This document shows positions 35,288 to 48,440 of a stretch of DNA of 64,000 nucleotides, in pieces. The DNA lies in the NCBI GenBank assembly GCA_964016885.1, contig OZ024741.1, positions 101,308,001 to 101,372,000 on the forward strand, in the 5' to 3' direction. A program made the position numbers and the translations under genes. Positions within the stretch are counted from its first letter, which is position 1, and every line of letters starts with the position of its first letter. The notes below the pieces were generated by a model, which was given only the letters and a program-made list of their open reading frames with translations, searched no databases and was not told the origin of the DNA. This stretch comes from Eledone cirrhosa. Taxonomy: Eukaryota.

Positions 35288-36304
35288 ATACTTGGGGAGG
35301 GTCATATTTGTGTAATAATATTGCCAGAATTAATAACAGAACACACTCATATATATATATATAGTGAATGATGACAAAAAAAAAAGAAAAGAAAAACAAA
35401 TCCCGCCGAGGTTAATTTTGCCTTTCATTCTTACGGGGGCGATAAAATAAAGCACCAGTAATGTACTGGGATAATTGCTGGCCTTGTGCCAAAAGTAGAA
35501 ACAATTATAGAATACCCACTTCGATTTCAGTGTGAAAAAATATTTTTTGTGCGTTATTAACTAATCTCACCTACAAGATGCTCGCAATTGACTTTTTCCC
35601 CAGGAGTGAGTGGGGTAAGTATGCCCCCTGTATCTCGGAGTTTTCTCTAGGATTTTTTTTTTCGTGTTATCAACGAATATGACCTCCAAGCCATTTGGAA
35701 ACGAGTAGCTTTGTAGAAAAAGGAGCGGAAAGATTATCGGAATTTCGCAGATCGACATGCCCTCGCGTTTGACGGGAAATAATTAATTTTCTTGTGTTTT
35801 TTTCACGTGTTATCAATATCAACTAATCTGACCCCAAGATACTCGCAATCGATTTTTTTTCACGGATTAGGGTTAGGATTTCCGTTTTTATATTATTGAA
35901 TGATTTTATACTTGTAGATGACTTATTAATATAACTGAGTGAGATTACGATCTATTTGGATTTTGCCGGCTGAAAAAATGGCATTTTTCGGGCTTTATCT
36001 TTTAATGTTGTTTTTTTTTTTAGTCAACTAGGGGAAAAGGCAGTGCTCATGACTCTTTTCAATACATCTAAAACTGGTAGAAGGGACCATTAAAACCTGG
36101 AGACCTGGCTCAATACTTGCAGCGGAGTGGGCACCGCCAAAATATTAGATGGTGACGGTATTGAACCAGGCGACGGGTTAAATCTAGGTGCTGTGGGAAA
36201 CCCTAATCAAACGGACGTATGATTAATGGCTTTCTAGCTGTAATCATCCCATAAATTTGTATGTATGTGTATATATATATATATATATATACATACATAT
36301 ATAT

Positions 36305-36560
36305 ATTCAACTTTGTTTTTATTGAATGATTTAAATTATTATAATTATAATCATGTTTCACATAAAAGTGGAATTCATGGAACCTTATAAAAATATACAA
36401 AGCGAAAAAAACAAAACAGTTCAACAGTAAGTGCATCAATCGGTCACACACCACAAGGGGTAAACGGAACTTCCTTCTAATACTTTTTGGGACAAGCCAA
36501 CACGCTCGCTGCATTACCATCAGTGATAGCTAGGCTAAGGCGCTGAAACAGCCAATATTT
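36305..36560 (-). mobile_element. CRE family A short 3' fragment (copy at ~48450-48705)
   Basis: Minus-strand translation WLFQRLSLAITDGNAASVLACPKKY*; the 3' UTR ends at (TA)n. Confidence 0.8.
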
Positions 36561-37212
36561 GTATGTTACAGACTACATTGTCCAATATATAATTTAAAAA
36601 AAAAGAATGTAGGTTGTATTTGGTGAAATTTGTTACTATTTCTAGTACACATATCTATTTATTGACTGCGTACATGCTTTATTCGTTGACTCTAGTTGAT
36701 ATTGCTGAATTGACAAAGATAGTGCAGTTCATTGATAAAATAAATACGTGTAATAATTTATCTGGCAAATCCGAAACCTCAACCCACTTTCTTTGCAAAT
36801 TCACACAATCTTTCCAGATATAGCGTTTGCTGATAGTAAATAGATCTGATTAAAAGCATTAAATTATTTGTCAGTGACGTGTAGCAAGGCTTCTCAGTTC
36901 TTTTTTCACTCCATTCTCTCCATTTCCGGCCACTCACATGCTTGCAGTACTTAAAAAGGTTTTATTATATTGAAATAAACGATGTACATGAAATTACCTA
37001 ATAGCAAAGTTCACATTTTTCCCCGAAACAAAAATGCTAACAATATAAATAACTTCAAATCACAAACGCAAAAGCCATAACTGTTAAAATTTAGCACACT
37101 ATAACAGAGTGGAGGGGACTCTTGAATTTAGTAAGACAACCTCTTTAATTAAAATCATGCAAGGTCAATAAGATAAATAGTTTGTTTTCAATATACATAT
37201 ATATATACATAT

Positions 37213-38610
37213 ATGAATCACTACCTCCTTACGGACAACTGACACTGCACACCAGGTTCAAACAGACGAGCCTGCCATCGCCTCCATCTCTCTGTATTAT
37301 GAGCAAATGGGTCCCCACATGTTGGCCGCCCAGCGTTCAGAATGGAGAAGGCTCTTCCCCAGAGGATGGTAAGGGAGATGCACTGGAAGAGCCATTCCAT
37401 CTCGCGAGGCCTACACCTGTGGCTAGCCAGCTCAGCACCTATGGTGTTAAGTAGGGAGGTAGCCCTAGGGCCAAGGACACCAGAAGTCCAATGCTAGGGG
37501 CTCGACTGCAAACCTGTTGGAGAGCCACCGATAGTTGGAGAGTTTACCCTCATCAGCCCGAAGTGTAGCAGAACCCGGGTTAGTCGCAGACCGCACCAGG
37601 TTGCGGCTGGAGAATGTGTCGCTGCAAGTGACATCCTAGACGAGGAGTTTTTCACTGGAGCGGGAAGATTGTCATACCACCTGGCCTTTTGCCATCCCCT
37701 CGGTCCAGCCTCACCAGCTCGAGCTGGGAGGGGAAGCCTGCAGCATCCTAGCCATTCTTTATGACCTCGTTGAAGGCAGCATGGTGTGGATGGTGGCCAG
37801 CACTGTAGCGACAGCAAAGTAGGTGGAGGACAAAAGTGTCCACGGTGGATCCGCAGCGACATTTGTGTGGCTTGCAGATCCGGAGGTCAAGCCTCAGGGA
37901 AACCCCGGTGTGTAGGTTATCATTGTCCAGCTGCATGCCAGTGAAGGAGGGTAAGGCATGGAGCCAGGCACCGCTGTAGGGTTGTGTGGCTGCGTGAAAA
38001 CATGCAAAGCTGTGCTGGTGAGCTAGCCTGTCTGAGGCCAGGTTGCACTAGATGGCATCCCAAATACTCTGGGGGGACTTGACGTCAGCAGGGGGAGAAG
38101 GAGGGACGTCTACTGGGCTAAGTCCAAGCCAGTTCCATGTCTCAGGCGCCTCACGTTCCTCGATCACAGTGGGTTTCATTGTGTTTAGGAAAACCTTGTT
38201 GACGAAGACGCGGCATGAGGTTACTGACTAAAGAAATGCTGGCAAAGCCAGTGAGATCAGGGACCGGAAGCCAAGGCCACCATATTTAACAGGTAAGGTG
38301 GCCTGTTGTCATCCAATGTCAAACCTGATGTTGCATAACTTCTCAGCTGTCGCTCGGATACAAGTGTCGAGGTCAGCAAGGAAAGTTGCATGGCTGTAGC
38401 ACTCACTGAGCACTATGAAGAGTATAGAAGAACTGCAGCATGGCGAAGCAGTTCCTCAACAGAAAGAAGACTGGGTGGGCGTCAATCATACCCAGTTGGC
38501 TCGTGAGGGTCTTATGATGCTAGAGCAGATGGCCGGCGGGATCGGTGACCCGAGGATGAAGACATCCTCTTTACTGGAGATGTAGGCTGCAAAGCACTCA
38601 GAATCATGGT
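37213..38610 (-). mobile_element. CRE-clade LINE relic, family B (post-RT region, CCHC finger, RLE) (copy at ~49358-50755)
   Basis: ILGSPI, then LRLDLRICKPHKCRCGSTVD...HLLCCRYSAGH.PHHAAFNEVIK (CCHC), then GVLGPRA...EWLFQCISL; multiple frameshifts; ends at (TA)n. Confidence 0.85.
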
Positions 38611-38689
38611 GGTGGCACGAATAATGTACCCACTCCGCGCTGTAAAGTAGTTGGTGATAGGAAGGGCATCCAGACAAAAACCCAGCTCC

Positions 38690-39420
38690 CAAAAAATGAA
38701 ATATATTTAATTAAATATTTAACATAAAAATATAGAATCAAAACAAAAGAAAATATTAAGTCAAGTGTGTTAATCGGTCACACGCTACAAGGCGTGGTGG
38801 ATCTTCCCTGTAATACTTTTGAGGCAAGCCAACACACAGGTAGCGTTATCACCAAACACCCTCATGAGCATCACTTAATATCTCGGTACGGCGAGTTGCC
38901 AATGATGGCACTAACTCCATTGTCAGTGGCCTGGCTCCTCCAAACGTCTTGAGCACCACAAGGCTGGAAAAATACTTTGTCGATAATTCTTGGTATTTTA
39001 GAATTTACCACAGTATCCAGGGTGTGGGAAAGAGCAAAAGAGTCACTGACTGTGGTGTCTCAAATGAGACATACCTCTTACCCAGAAACAAAGGGTAAGA
39101 CCATCTGCTTTCTTCCTATCAACTCTGGACAATCCAGCTGTCTCCAAAATTGAGGGAATTATTACCTGAGCTAGGGCCCGCTAGTCACTAACAATTTGCT
39201 CTAGGCATCGATGATATTACTAAGATAGGAGCTGACCTGGATTTGAATATCTGGTATCTTGATGATGCTTGTTTCAGAGTGCTCTAGATAAGGTCCTTGC
39301 AACTGCGCAGACGATGATTAAGAAACTTGGTTGTAGGAGTCTCCACGTCAGCAGCTCCAAATGCGAGCTCTGGCTCCTCAAACAACCAGCTTCACATCAG
39401 CAGACTATAGACCTGAGAGC
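38690..39420 (-). mobile_element. CRE family A element with a 5' inversion: RLE/3' end on - (38690-39182) joined to an RT fragment on + (39171-39420) (copy at ~50837-51567)
   Basis: Minus strand: RALAQVIIPSILETAGLSRVDRKKADGLT...TVSDSFA. Plus strand: LGPA...FALGIDDI...LDLNIWYLDDA...SKCELW. Confidence 0.8.
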
Positions 39421-40123
39421 AAAATTATGGAACAAAAGTATTCAAATGTGCAGTAGAGTTCTGTAGCACCTGAGGATCAATTTTTCACCATATTTCATAG
39501 ATCTAGCTAAACATGCAACTAGAAACCATGGGATTGTGCAAAAAGAATTAAAGGAGACATTGGTAATCATTGCACACAATTAGATAACATTTTTTATTTA
39601 ATAGAATTTATGTGATGTATTGATAGATCCATTTATAATTTGTTATAAATAATGTTGGATTTGAGTTGGAAATGGCTGACTATAAAATGAAATTGAAAGA
39701 AAATAAAACTGACAATAAAATGAAAGTTAATTTAACAAAATGGTTGCCACTAACCCTAAAATCTTTTGTTATATTTCTAATGAAATATACTGCATCAGAA
39801 TTTAAAATAATTTTCAAAATAATCAACAATTTGAAGGGATTTAATAATATAATTAACTTTCTCATTATTAAGCTAGTAGTTAGAACAAAGCTTTAAGGTT
39901 CTTAAATAAAATTATGATAGAAGGCTTTTAAATAAATACAGATATTTCAAAGTAAACAGTTTTTTATCATTGAACATTTAATACTTGTCTGGAATTTGTC
40001 AAAATATCAGATACTTTTCAGTTTCATTTTATTATTGTCTATATCTAACTTGATTCTGTATGAATGCCTAATTATTTTAAAATAACAGAACTATGGTTAT
40101 AAAGGTTGGGTTGGGGTTTCACC

Positions 40124-40359
40124 ACTCTGCAGTAATAATTGTTTCTACTTTTGGCACAAGGCCAGCAATTATACCAATATATTACTGGTACTTTATTTTA
40201 TCGACCCCGTAAGGATGAAAGGCAAAGTTAACCTCGGCGGGATTTGAACTCAGTCTGTAAAGGGACTCTGCAGTAATAATTGTTTCTACTTTAGGCACAA
40301 GGCCAGCAATTACACAGTGCATTACTGGTACATTATTTTATCGACTCCGCAGTAATAAT
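40124..40359 (-). mobile_element. Two truncated Deu/Nin-domain SINE copies separated by a triplicated target sequence
   Basis: actctgcagtaataat at 40124 and 40265 and actccgcagtaataat at 40344 bracket two SINE pieces. Confidence 0.7.
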
Positions 40360-40699
40360 ATTAGGTGGTTACCATTCTGTATTGATGATAAACACACACT
40401 ACCAATTTCTGTAGTAATATGTTGGGGGTCTCCAATTTATGTAGTGGTAATAATATATGGTCACCACTAAATATATAGAGGTTAATGTGCAGAACCAATT
40501 CAGAAAACCAAAGTAGGGTACACCAAATAAGAATACCTGTGTATTAAAATATTTCATTTCTAATTTATTCTCCATAAGATTAACAACAAAATGACTAAGA
40601 TATTTGATCAAATTATAAATAAATAAACTAATGTATGCATGTTTATATGTAAATGTGTATATATGTAGAACCAAATTATAAATAAATTGTTAGAGCATT

Positions 40700-41620
40700 G
40701 ATATGAATGGCCAGCTAGTTACCTGGCTCAAGAAACTATTCCAATCTTAGTCTAAAACAATTCTGAAATCAGTGATAAAAATATCACCAAAACAAAATTG
40801 CATCCATCATGACTGACAATGTCAAGGGAGGTTACTGACAGCACATCAATTTTTCATTACATTCACCCACACTTGAAAATGTTTCATAAATCCAGTCTTT
40901 CTGGTGTTTTTCTGATTCTCTGGTATCAACACAGTTGAGGGGATTCGTCTTGTTGTTCTAGAGGGTCATCTCTATGAGGTGGATGCATTCCAGTTAGATT
41001 TCTGTCTGGCTCTTGGGAGACCACTGGTGTCAGTTAATTTGTTGGTAGGATTGATTTTCCCCAGTGACGCTAATTGTTTGGTCGATACTGTTGTTTCATG
41101 ACCGTCTGGATAACTAATCTGTGAATATTGGGAGTCAGCTTTGATTAAATCAACTTGGTCAACGAGAGGGTCATATTTGCTAGTTTAAGAACTGGTCAAG
41201 AGTTTCTCTTGGTTTTTGCATTCTTGTAGCCAAAAAGTGGCATGCCAGTATGGTGTTCTTTGGTTTAATGTACACATTCTTTAGAGTTTGTACAGCTTGT
41301 TCATAACTAATCACTGACAGCATAGCAATTTTCCATTACAAGCATAATTCTTTGTATTAACAACATAGTGTCTGAAGGAACATAGTTAACACAAGAAATT
41401 ATTGGCGGGAAGAGACTTGCCAGATATGATTCCAAAGATCATTGAATCAGGAAGGATATCTAAATTAAATTAAGTTAGCTTACGATTTCATTAAATTTTA
41501 TAACTAGCTGTCACGGACGAAAAGTTTCTGGAATGTTCTTAATGTATTCATAAACTATCTAAATATGTAGGAGTAGAAGTAGGATCTGATGATGGATGAG
41601 ACTTACTTCATGTGTCTAAA
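40700..41620 (-). mobile_element. Internally deleted Gypsy/Ty3 LTR retrotransposon relic (copy at ~52847-53767)
   Basis: gag-like YEQAVQTLKNVYIKPKNTILACHFLATRMQKPRETLDQFL is fused to integrase C-terminal SKYDPLVDQVDLIKADSQYSQISYPDGHETTVSTKQLA...RIRKTPERLDL*. A purine-rich tract follows, then TGTAATG (LTR start, 40861). Confidence 0.75.
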
Positions 41621-41697
41621 GATAGAGTGAGTCTATTCTAAAATATGCTACAGACTTAGTTATCTTGTGTATTTAAAAAAAAAAGTAAGAGTCTATG

Positions 41698-42333
41698 TAG
41701 CCGGTCCCGGTAAAATTATTTAGCCGGTAAGAGTGTCAGACACCATGAGTTGTGGCCCGAGTTAAGACAATTTGAAATCTTTTCCACCATCAATTGTTAA
41801 AAAACAAGTTAAAATCATTTAGTCATCATCTTATAATTCTGCTTGTGTTTCGTCCATTCATAACGTACATTACTCTTTAGTTACAGACACGCACATCTAG
41901 TGAGTGCCATGGCTTAAGAATTTTAACAGAGTCAAATATTTTTGAAATTAACAATTTTAGCAGAAAATCACAACCTGGGTTAAAGAGAGTAGTGTTACCT
42001 GGGTTCTAAAATACTATTTATTATTTAGTAGGGCGGTGGATTGGCAGTATCGGTAGAATGTCGGACACCATGCTTTGCAAGCAAAGAGTTTTAGCCCTTT
42101 ATGGTCTGAATTCAAATCCCACTGAGGTTAACTTTGCCTTTTCCCCTTACGGGGTTGATAAAATAAAGTACCAGTAATACACAGGGATAATTGCTGGCCT
42201 TGTGCCAAAAGTAGAAACAATTATTTGGTGGTAAAATAAACTTCCAGGACCCCAGCTAGAGTTGCGTCCCTTTAGGGTTTACCAGTAAAATAAGCTTAAA
42301 AACCATGTTTGTTTATTTTGCCAGGACCGGCTA
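41698..42333. mobile_element. MITE / non-autonomous DNA transposon containing a nested SINE (copy at ~53845-54480)
   Basis: TIRs tagccggtcccggtaaaat / attttgccaggaccggcta; duplicated flank (ATGT or TATGTA depending on where the terminus is placed). Superfamily not resolved. Confidence 0.6.
42030..42225 (+). mobile_element. Full-length tRNA-derived SINE with Deu/Nin-like central domain (other copies at ~2812-2980, 4697-4875, 7453-7655, 8313-8530, 11643-11840, 35400-35510, 57860-58165)
   Basis: A box TGGCAGTATCGG, B-box-like TTCAAATCC, core gaggttaactttgccttt..ccttacggggttgataaaataaagtacc, tail gccttgtgccaaaagtagaaacaattatt. Confidence 0.85.
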
Positions 42334-42854
42334 TGTAGCCTATTCCTAAAAAATATGGATTTGAACAATTATTTAAAGATATTGCAACTGTATATCATTT
42401 GTATTTAGAAAAGAAAAACAAAATCAACTTTCCACATAGGAAGACACTTTTACTTTATACTCTATACCTTTTCAAATTTATCTTATAAAAGAAAAGCTGA
42501 TCTCTGGTTGTTTGTAGGAGGAAGAAGGAGAGGAGAAAAAGTTATTGTTGAGAGAGAGATTTCACACACACACACTCTCTCTCAACCACTTTTCCCTCTT
42601 CCCCCTTTCCTCTCCTACATATATATGTGAAACGTTGTCAGTGAAAGAGAGAGATAGAGTGTGTGTGTGAAAGATAGATTGTGTAATTCAACAAAGATAC
42701 TATATGATGAACAAATATTTTTACTGTAGCTATGTGGTTTTACTAGTACAAATTAAAATAATCTCAATGCAAATTAAAATATGCTTGAAGCCAAATCTCC
42801 CAAAGAAAACAATTATCAACAATGAGATACTAACTGAGCAGGAAATCATGTTTT

Positions 42855-43320
42855 AGTGGTTAGAGTATTCAGTTCACAATCATAAGGTTGTGTGTTTGAT
42901 TCTCAGTGTTGCATTATTTCTTTAAGCAAGACACTTTATTTCATGTTGATCCTGTCTCTTAAGCTGGAAAAAATATATTTTGTAATTGTGATTCAGAGGC
43001 ATCAGTCCAACACATACACATATTAGGGTGCTCATGAGCACATGGTTGTGAGTTTGATTCTTTGTGGCACATTGTGTTCTTGAGTAAGACACTTAATTTC
43101 ACATTGTTCCAGTCTATTCAGTTGAAAAAAATTTGTTGTACCAGTAATTCACAGGGACATCCTTGTTACGCACTGTGTCATGCCGATTCTCCCTGAGAAT
43201 TACATTAATGGGACATGTGTCTTGAATGTTCATCAACCTGCATGAGGAGGCTGTCCTGTTGATCAGACAACCAGAACAACAAGACTTATCAGAACCAACA
43301 GCGATCCAACATGCATACAC
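42855..43320 (+). mobile_element. Second tRNA-derived SINE family, tandem partial copies (related copies at ~8770-8960, 32285-32440, 56090-56225)
   Basis: tRNA-like head agtggttagagtattcag...ggttgtgagtttgattc followed by cttgagtaagacacttaatttcacattgttccagt. Confidence 0.7.
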
Positions 43321-43354
43321 ATTAGAGTAAGTAGGATTTCTAAGTATAGATCTC

Positions 43355-44607
43355 ATCACCTTATGGGGTCGACTGAGAGCTTTTAGCCATTTCAGCAGCA
43401 TTGTAGGAGAGCATGCACAGCTTTCCATACTTGTATACATGGCTTGATCAAGTGAGGTGCATCAAAGTGGGTTAATGCGACTCTACAAATCATGCCACGC
43501 CCATCAAATGAAGCAGGCAGAAAATTTACCTGCATATTATGTGACATGACATATAAATCACTTACGGATTTGATGAATCGTCTAAGGCGACATCAATGAA
43601 AGCAACACAACACATTTTTGCCAATATCTTTTTTTTTTTTTGTCAAAAAAGTGGTCATCTCCTTATAATATATAACTAGCAATTCCTCTGTCTGTCTGTC
43701 CGACAGTGGAAACACGTGCGCGCGTGGTTGCTATCTCTCTCTCTCTCCAGCTATCCCGCTCTTTTAGTCTGTCTGTTTCTCTCACTCTCACTCTTTGTAA
43801 CACACTAACATTCCTCCCCTCTATCGCTGTGATGAATGGGGAGATGGAGGAGGAGGAAGAGAGAGTCACTTCGTCACTTCACCTCTGCCTTTCTTTCTCT
43901 TCCCTCTCACTCCCTGCCGTCGACCACTGATTCCAACAACCAGCGTTCTAGGCCAGCACGTAACACCTGCGTTCCCAGCCATGGCACGCGCGACCTTGGA
44001 GTAGTTACCATGGAGATCTAGCCAGACACAGCCGAGTTCTTTGAATTTACAGACGACAACTTTAAGACTGGCTTTTGTGTTTTAACAAACTCACTGGGGC
44101 TGAGCATATAATATATATATATGTGTGTATGCGTGCGTGTGTGTGTGTATGCGTGTGTATTATATGTGTGTGTGTTATATGTGTGTGCGTGTGTGTGTGC
44201 GTGTGTGTGTTTTATATATGGGTGTGTGTCATCATCATCATTATTTCATTTTACGTCCGCTTTCTCCCTGTTTGCAAGGGTGGGACGGTAACTGATTTTG
44301 GCTTGATTTCTACAGCTGGATGCCCTTCTTAACACCAACCTCATTTACAGTGAGTGCTGGGTGCTTGTTTCTGTGGCGCCTACACGTCCACTTTACAGTG
44401 TGGGCTGGGTGCTTTTTTGCCGTGGCACCTCCACGACCACTTTGCAGTGGAATGATAGGGACCCCAGTCCCTATCATCTCATTTCTACAGCTGAGTAAAC
44501 TGGAGCAATGTGAAATAAAGTGTCTTGCTCAAGGAAACAACACATCACCCGGTCTGAGAATTGAACTCACAAGGCCAATCCTCTAACCACTACGCCATGT
44601 GCCTCCA

Positions 44608-44659
<52 letters not shown>

Positions 44660-44951
44660 TATATATGTATATTATGTGTGTCTCTCTATATATATACATA
44701 TATATAGGTTTAAGTGTGTATATGTGTGTATGTATGAGTGTGTGTTAGCGTATGTGTCTGTATGCGTGTGTGTCTGTCTGTGCGTGTGTCTGTGTGTATC
44801 TGTGTAAGTGTTTGTGTGTGTGTACAGGAATTCATAAGTTTCCAAAAATATGTCTATGCTTAATTTTTCTTAAAAATTATATACTGGTTCTTCCTGTCAG
44901 AGATAATAATCTGATTTGAGAATAATGAATCTCAAAATATGAACATGGGTG

Positions 44952-44982
<31 letters not shown>

Positions 44983-47375
44983 TTGTGTGTGTGTTAAATA
45001 TATATCGACTAGCAGAAAACCACCCACCGGGTGGTTTTCTGCTAGTCTATATATATAAAACTGAGGATGTCTGTCTGTGGGTGTGTGAGTTTGAATCTGT
45101 AAAACTAGAGAAGCACCCAACCGACTGTTTTCAAACTTTACACATGTAATACTTATGTTCCAGGGAGTGTTCTGAGCAAAAGAAATTTCAAATTTTCAAT
45201 GCCCTAGAGACAGCATCAGGTGATTTAGCGATCTCTCTCTATAATCCTTAGTCTTTCTCTTTTTAGATAGATACATACATATAACGTCGCGCCCTTATAA
45301 TATCTGTCTGCATTACGTCACTTCCTACAATTCGCTCTTCGTCTAGAACGCACCCTTATAATATCTGTCTGTATGTCTGCATCGCACTCGGCGCGTCAAT
45401 GTATGGCTGTTAAACGGGCTACCAGTGGAAGCAACCGTAACACCCTCCAAGGGCCCTTGAAATAACTGATGGTGACCCTTTCGTTTAGGGCTGCCAGTGA
45501 ACACACACACGCATCGGGGCCCATTTTATTGCACCATTCCTCTTTAAATTTGTTAAATTATACCCAGTTTGGTAAACGTTTGTCCAGTTGCGTTTATTTA
45601 CTAAGGTGCGGTGGACTCCTTCGAGAAGGTTCCACATGCTGTCCGATTGCACGTCATGCCTTGCTCAAGCATTGCAGACTTCCCTCTGACATAAGTGGTG
45701 ACATCTCTCCTGCTGACTCGTGTCACTTTATTAAAGTACAAAAGCACCAAGCCGATTTTCTCCAGAAGGAGAAGCATACCTAATACTAATTGCATCAGAG
45801 CATTCGGTTTATTTTCTTTACATATTGTCCATCATGCAGTTTTTCCACGATTAGGTCTGTTGGCGGCCCGCGTTATGTTTCAGGGAGTGTTATGCACATA
45901 AAAAATTCAACTTTTTGATCCCCCAGGGCCCGCATTAGGTGAAAAACTGCGTTTTTTCAGCTTTTTAGGGGTATTTTGAGGCGTTACGTCAGACCGATTT
46001 CCTTGAAATTGTAACTATGTATTAGTCAGTCTCTTCTTCATAAGAGCAAAAAAAATCCAACTATTTTATGGCCTAGGGCCCGCATTAGCTGAAAAACTTC
46101 ATTTATTCAGCTTTTTAGGCGTTACGTCTAGCCGATTTTCCCGAAATTGAAAACCTGCATTTTTCCTGCTTCACCGAGGAAAATCTTAAAGATTATCCAG
46201 CCAACAGAGTATTCGGTTTATTTTCTTTACATATTGTCCAGGCATGAAGTTTTTCCACGATTAGGTCTGTTGGCGGCCCGCGTTCCAAAATACCTTATCC
46301 CGTGCAACGCCGGGTACTACTGCTAGTACTATATATGTATATATGTATTTATAGACGTCTGATCACACACACTTTGCTCGACAATAATTGTTTTAGCTCC
46401 GATCGAGAAAAACTAATCAGAGGCATTCCAGTCGTGGTTACATGTTTCTTTGTTTTGTGTATGCGTGGCAACTGCAAGATTACACCGAACGTGATGTTGC
46501 CGATAGCGAATGATGAAAAACAACAAACTAACATAAAATTAAGAAATATATAAGTATTAAAACACACATTAAGTGAGTGGTAGAATATTCCTTCCTTTTA
46601 AATTATCTATACTATGGGTGTAATATGTTTTGTTTTGGAGATTATAATATATTGTCTGCAGTATTTGTATTTTCTCTACAGTTTTGTTTGTAGTATAAAT
46701 ATGTTAAATGTCATATGTTAGTATTAAACGTGTTTTTGCGGCTGAGTAATTTGTATTTACGTGGCCAGTGTTGGTTTGTTTACTCGATTATCTTTATTTC
46801 GATGTTGGGTGGGGTTAAGAGACTCCCTCAGGCGCGCGCGCACACACATATAAGTTCATGATTGAAAAGGGCGTACAAAGCAATGCAAAAAGTTTTATTA
46901 TTTTCATTTTTGCCCAATTCCAGTACGTTATTCAATATACACACGTATGATATAATAATTATAGTTTTCATTTTACTTGTAAATTCTGAGAAATTACTTT
47001 CTCTTTCTAAGAATAACGCTTATCCTTTTATGGGAGGTTTTCTGACCAATTACTATGATAAAATAAAGTGATAATGAAAATACTCGATGCGAGAACATCA
47101 TTGTGAGTTGAGAACATTTCTCTTCATTCTTTTAATTTTTGCCTTTCAAATTGTACCCTTGTTCATTCAAGATATTTCGAAATCACCGGTCTGTTTCTCT
47201 CTGCAAGAACATCCGTGGTTTTGTTTGTTTTTCTCTCTCTACAGAACAATTGAACTCGGTAAATATCCACAGTATTATCTTTCTTAAACTTTATTATGCA
47301 ATGTATTTCTAGTTTGAATTTAATATTTGTATATAATTTGTAAGTATTATCAGCATATTCCTCATTACTCTAAAC

Positions 47376-47420
<45 letters not shown>

Positions 47421-48402
47421 ATACTTGGGGAGGGTCATATTTGTGTAATAATATTGCCAGAATTAATAACAGAACACACTCATATATATATATATATATA
47501 TAGTGAATGATGACAAAAAAAAAAGAAAAGAAAAACAAATCCCGCCGAGGTTAATTTTGCCTTTCATTCTTACGGGGGCGATAAAATAAAGCACCAGTAA
47601 TGTACTGGGATAATTGCTGGCCTTGTGCCAAAAGTAGAAACAATTATAGAATACCCACTTCGATTTCAGTGTGAAAAAATATTTTTTGTGCGTTATTAAC
47701 TAATCTCACCTACAAGATGCTCGCAATTGACTTTTTCCCCAGGAGTGAGTGGGGTAAGTATGCCCCCTGTATCTCGGAGTTTTCTCTAGGATTTTTTTTT
47801 TCGTGTTATCAACGAATATGACCTCCAAGCCATTTGGAAACGAGTAGCTTTGTAGAAAAAGGAGCGGAAAGATTATCGGAATTTCGCAGATCGACATGCC
47901 CTCGCGTTTGACGGGAAATAATTAATTTTCTTGTGTTTTTTTCACGTGTTATCAATATCAACTAATCTGACCCCAAGATACTCGCAATCGATTTTTTTTC
48001 ACGGATTAGGGTTAGGATTTCCGTTTTTATATTATTGAATGATTTTATACTTGTAGATGACTTATTAATATAACTGAGTGAGATTACGATCTATTTGGAT
48101 TTTGCCGGCTGAAAAAATGGCATTTTTCGGGCTTTATCTTTTAATGTTGTTTTTTTTTTTAGTCAACTAGGGGAAAAGGCAGTGCTCATGACTCTTTTCA
48201 ATACATCTAAAACTGGTAGAAGGGACCATTAAAACCTGGAGACCTGGCTCAATACTTGCAGCGGAGTGGGCACCGCCAAAATATTAGATGGTGACGGTAT
48301 TGAACCAGGCGACGGGTTAAATCTAGGTGCTGTGGGAAACCCTAATCAAACGGACGTATGATTAATGGCTTTCTAGCTGTAATCATCCCATAAATTTGTA
48401 TG

Positions 48403-48440
<38 letters not shown>

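Larger units (their letters stand above)
31163..43354. repeat. Tandem segmental duplication, unit 1 (12,192 bp)
   Basis: Colinear, near-identical to 43355-55505; starts tg|ATCAccttatgggg. Confidence 0.97.

Noticed and set aside
41698-41720. GCCGGTCCC, reminiscent of a twister ribozyme
   Set aside because: Lacks the rest of the twister core and is explained as a terminal inverted repeat paired with 42315-42333.
43114-43440. 108-aa ORF spanning the duplication junction
   Set aside because: Chance fusion of two short ORFs, one in SINE sequence; no coding features.
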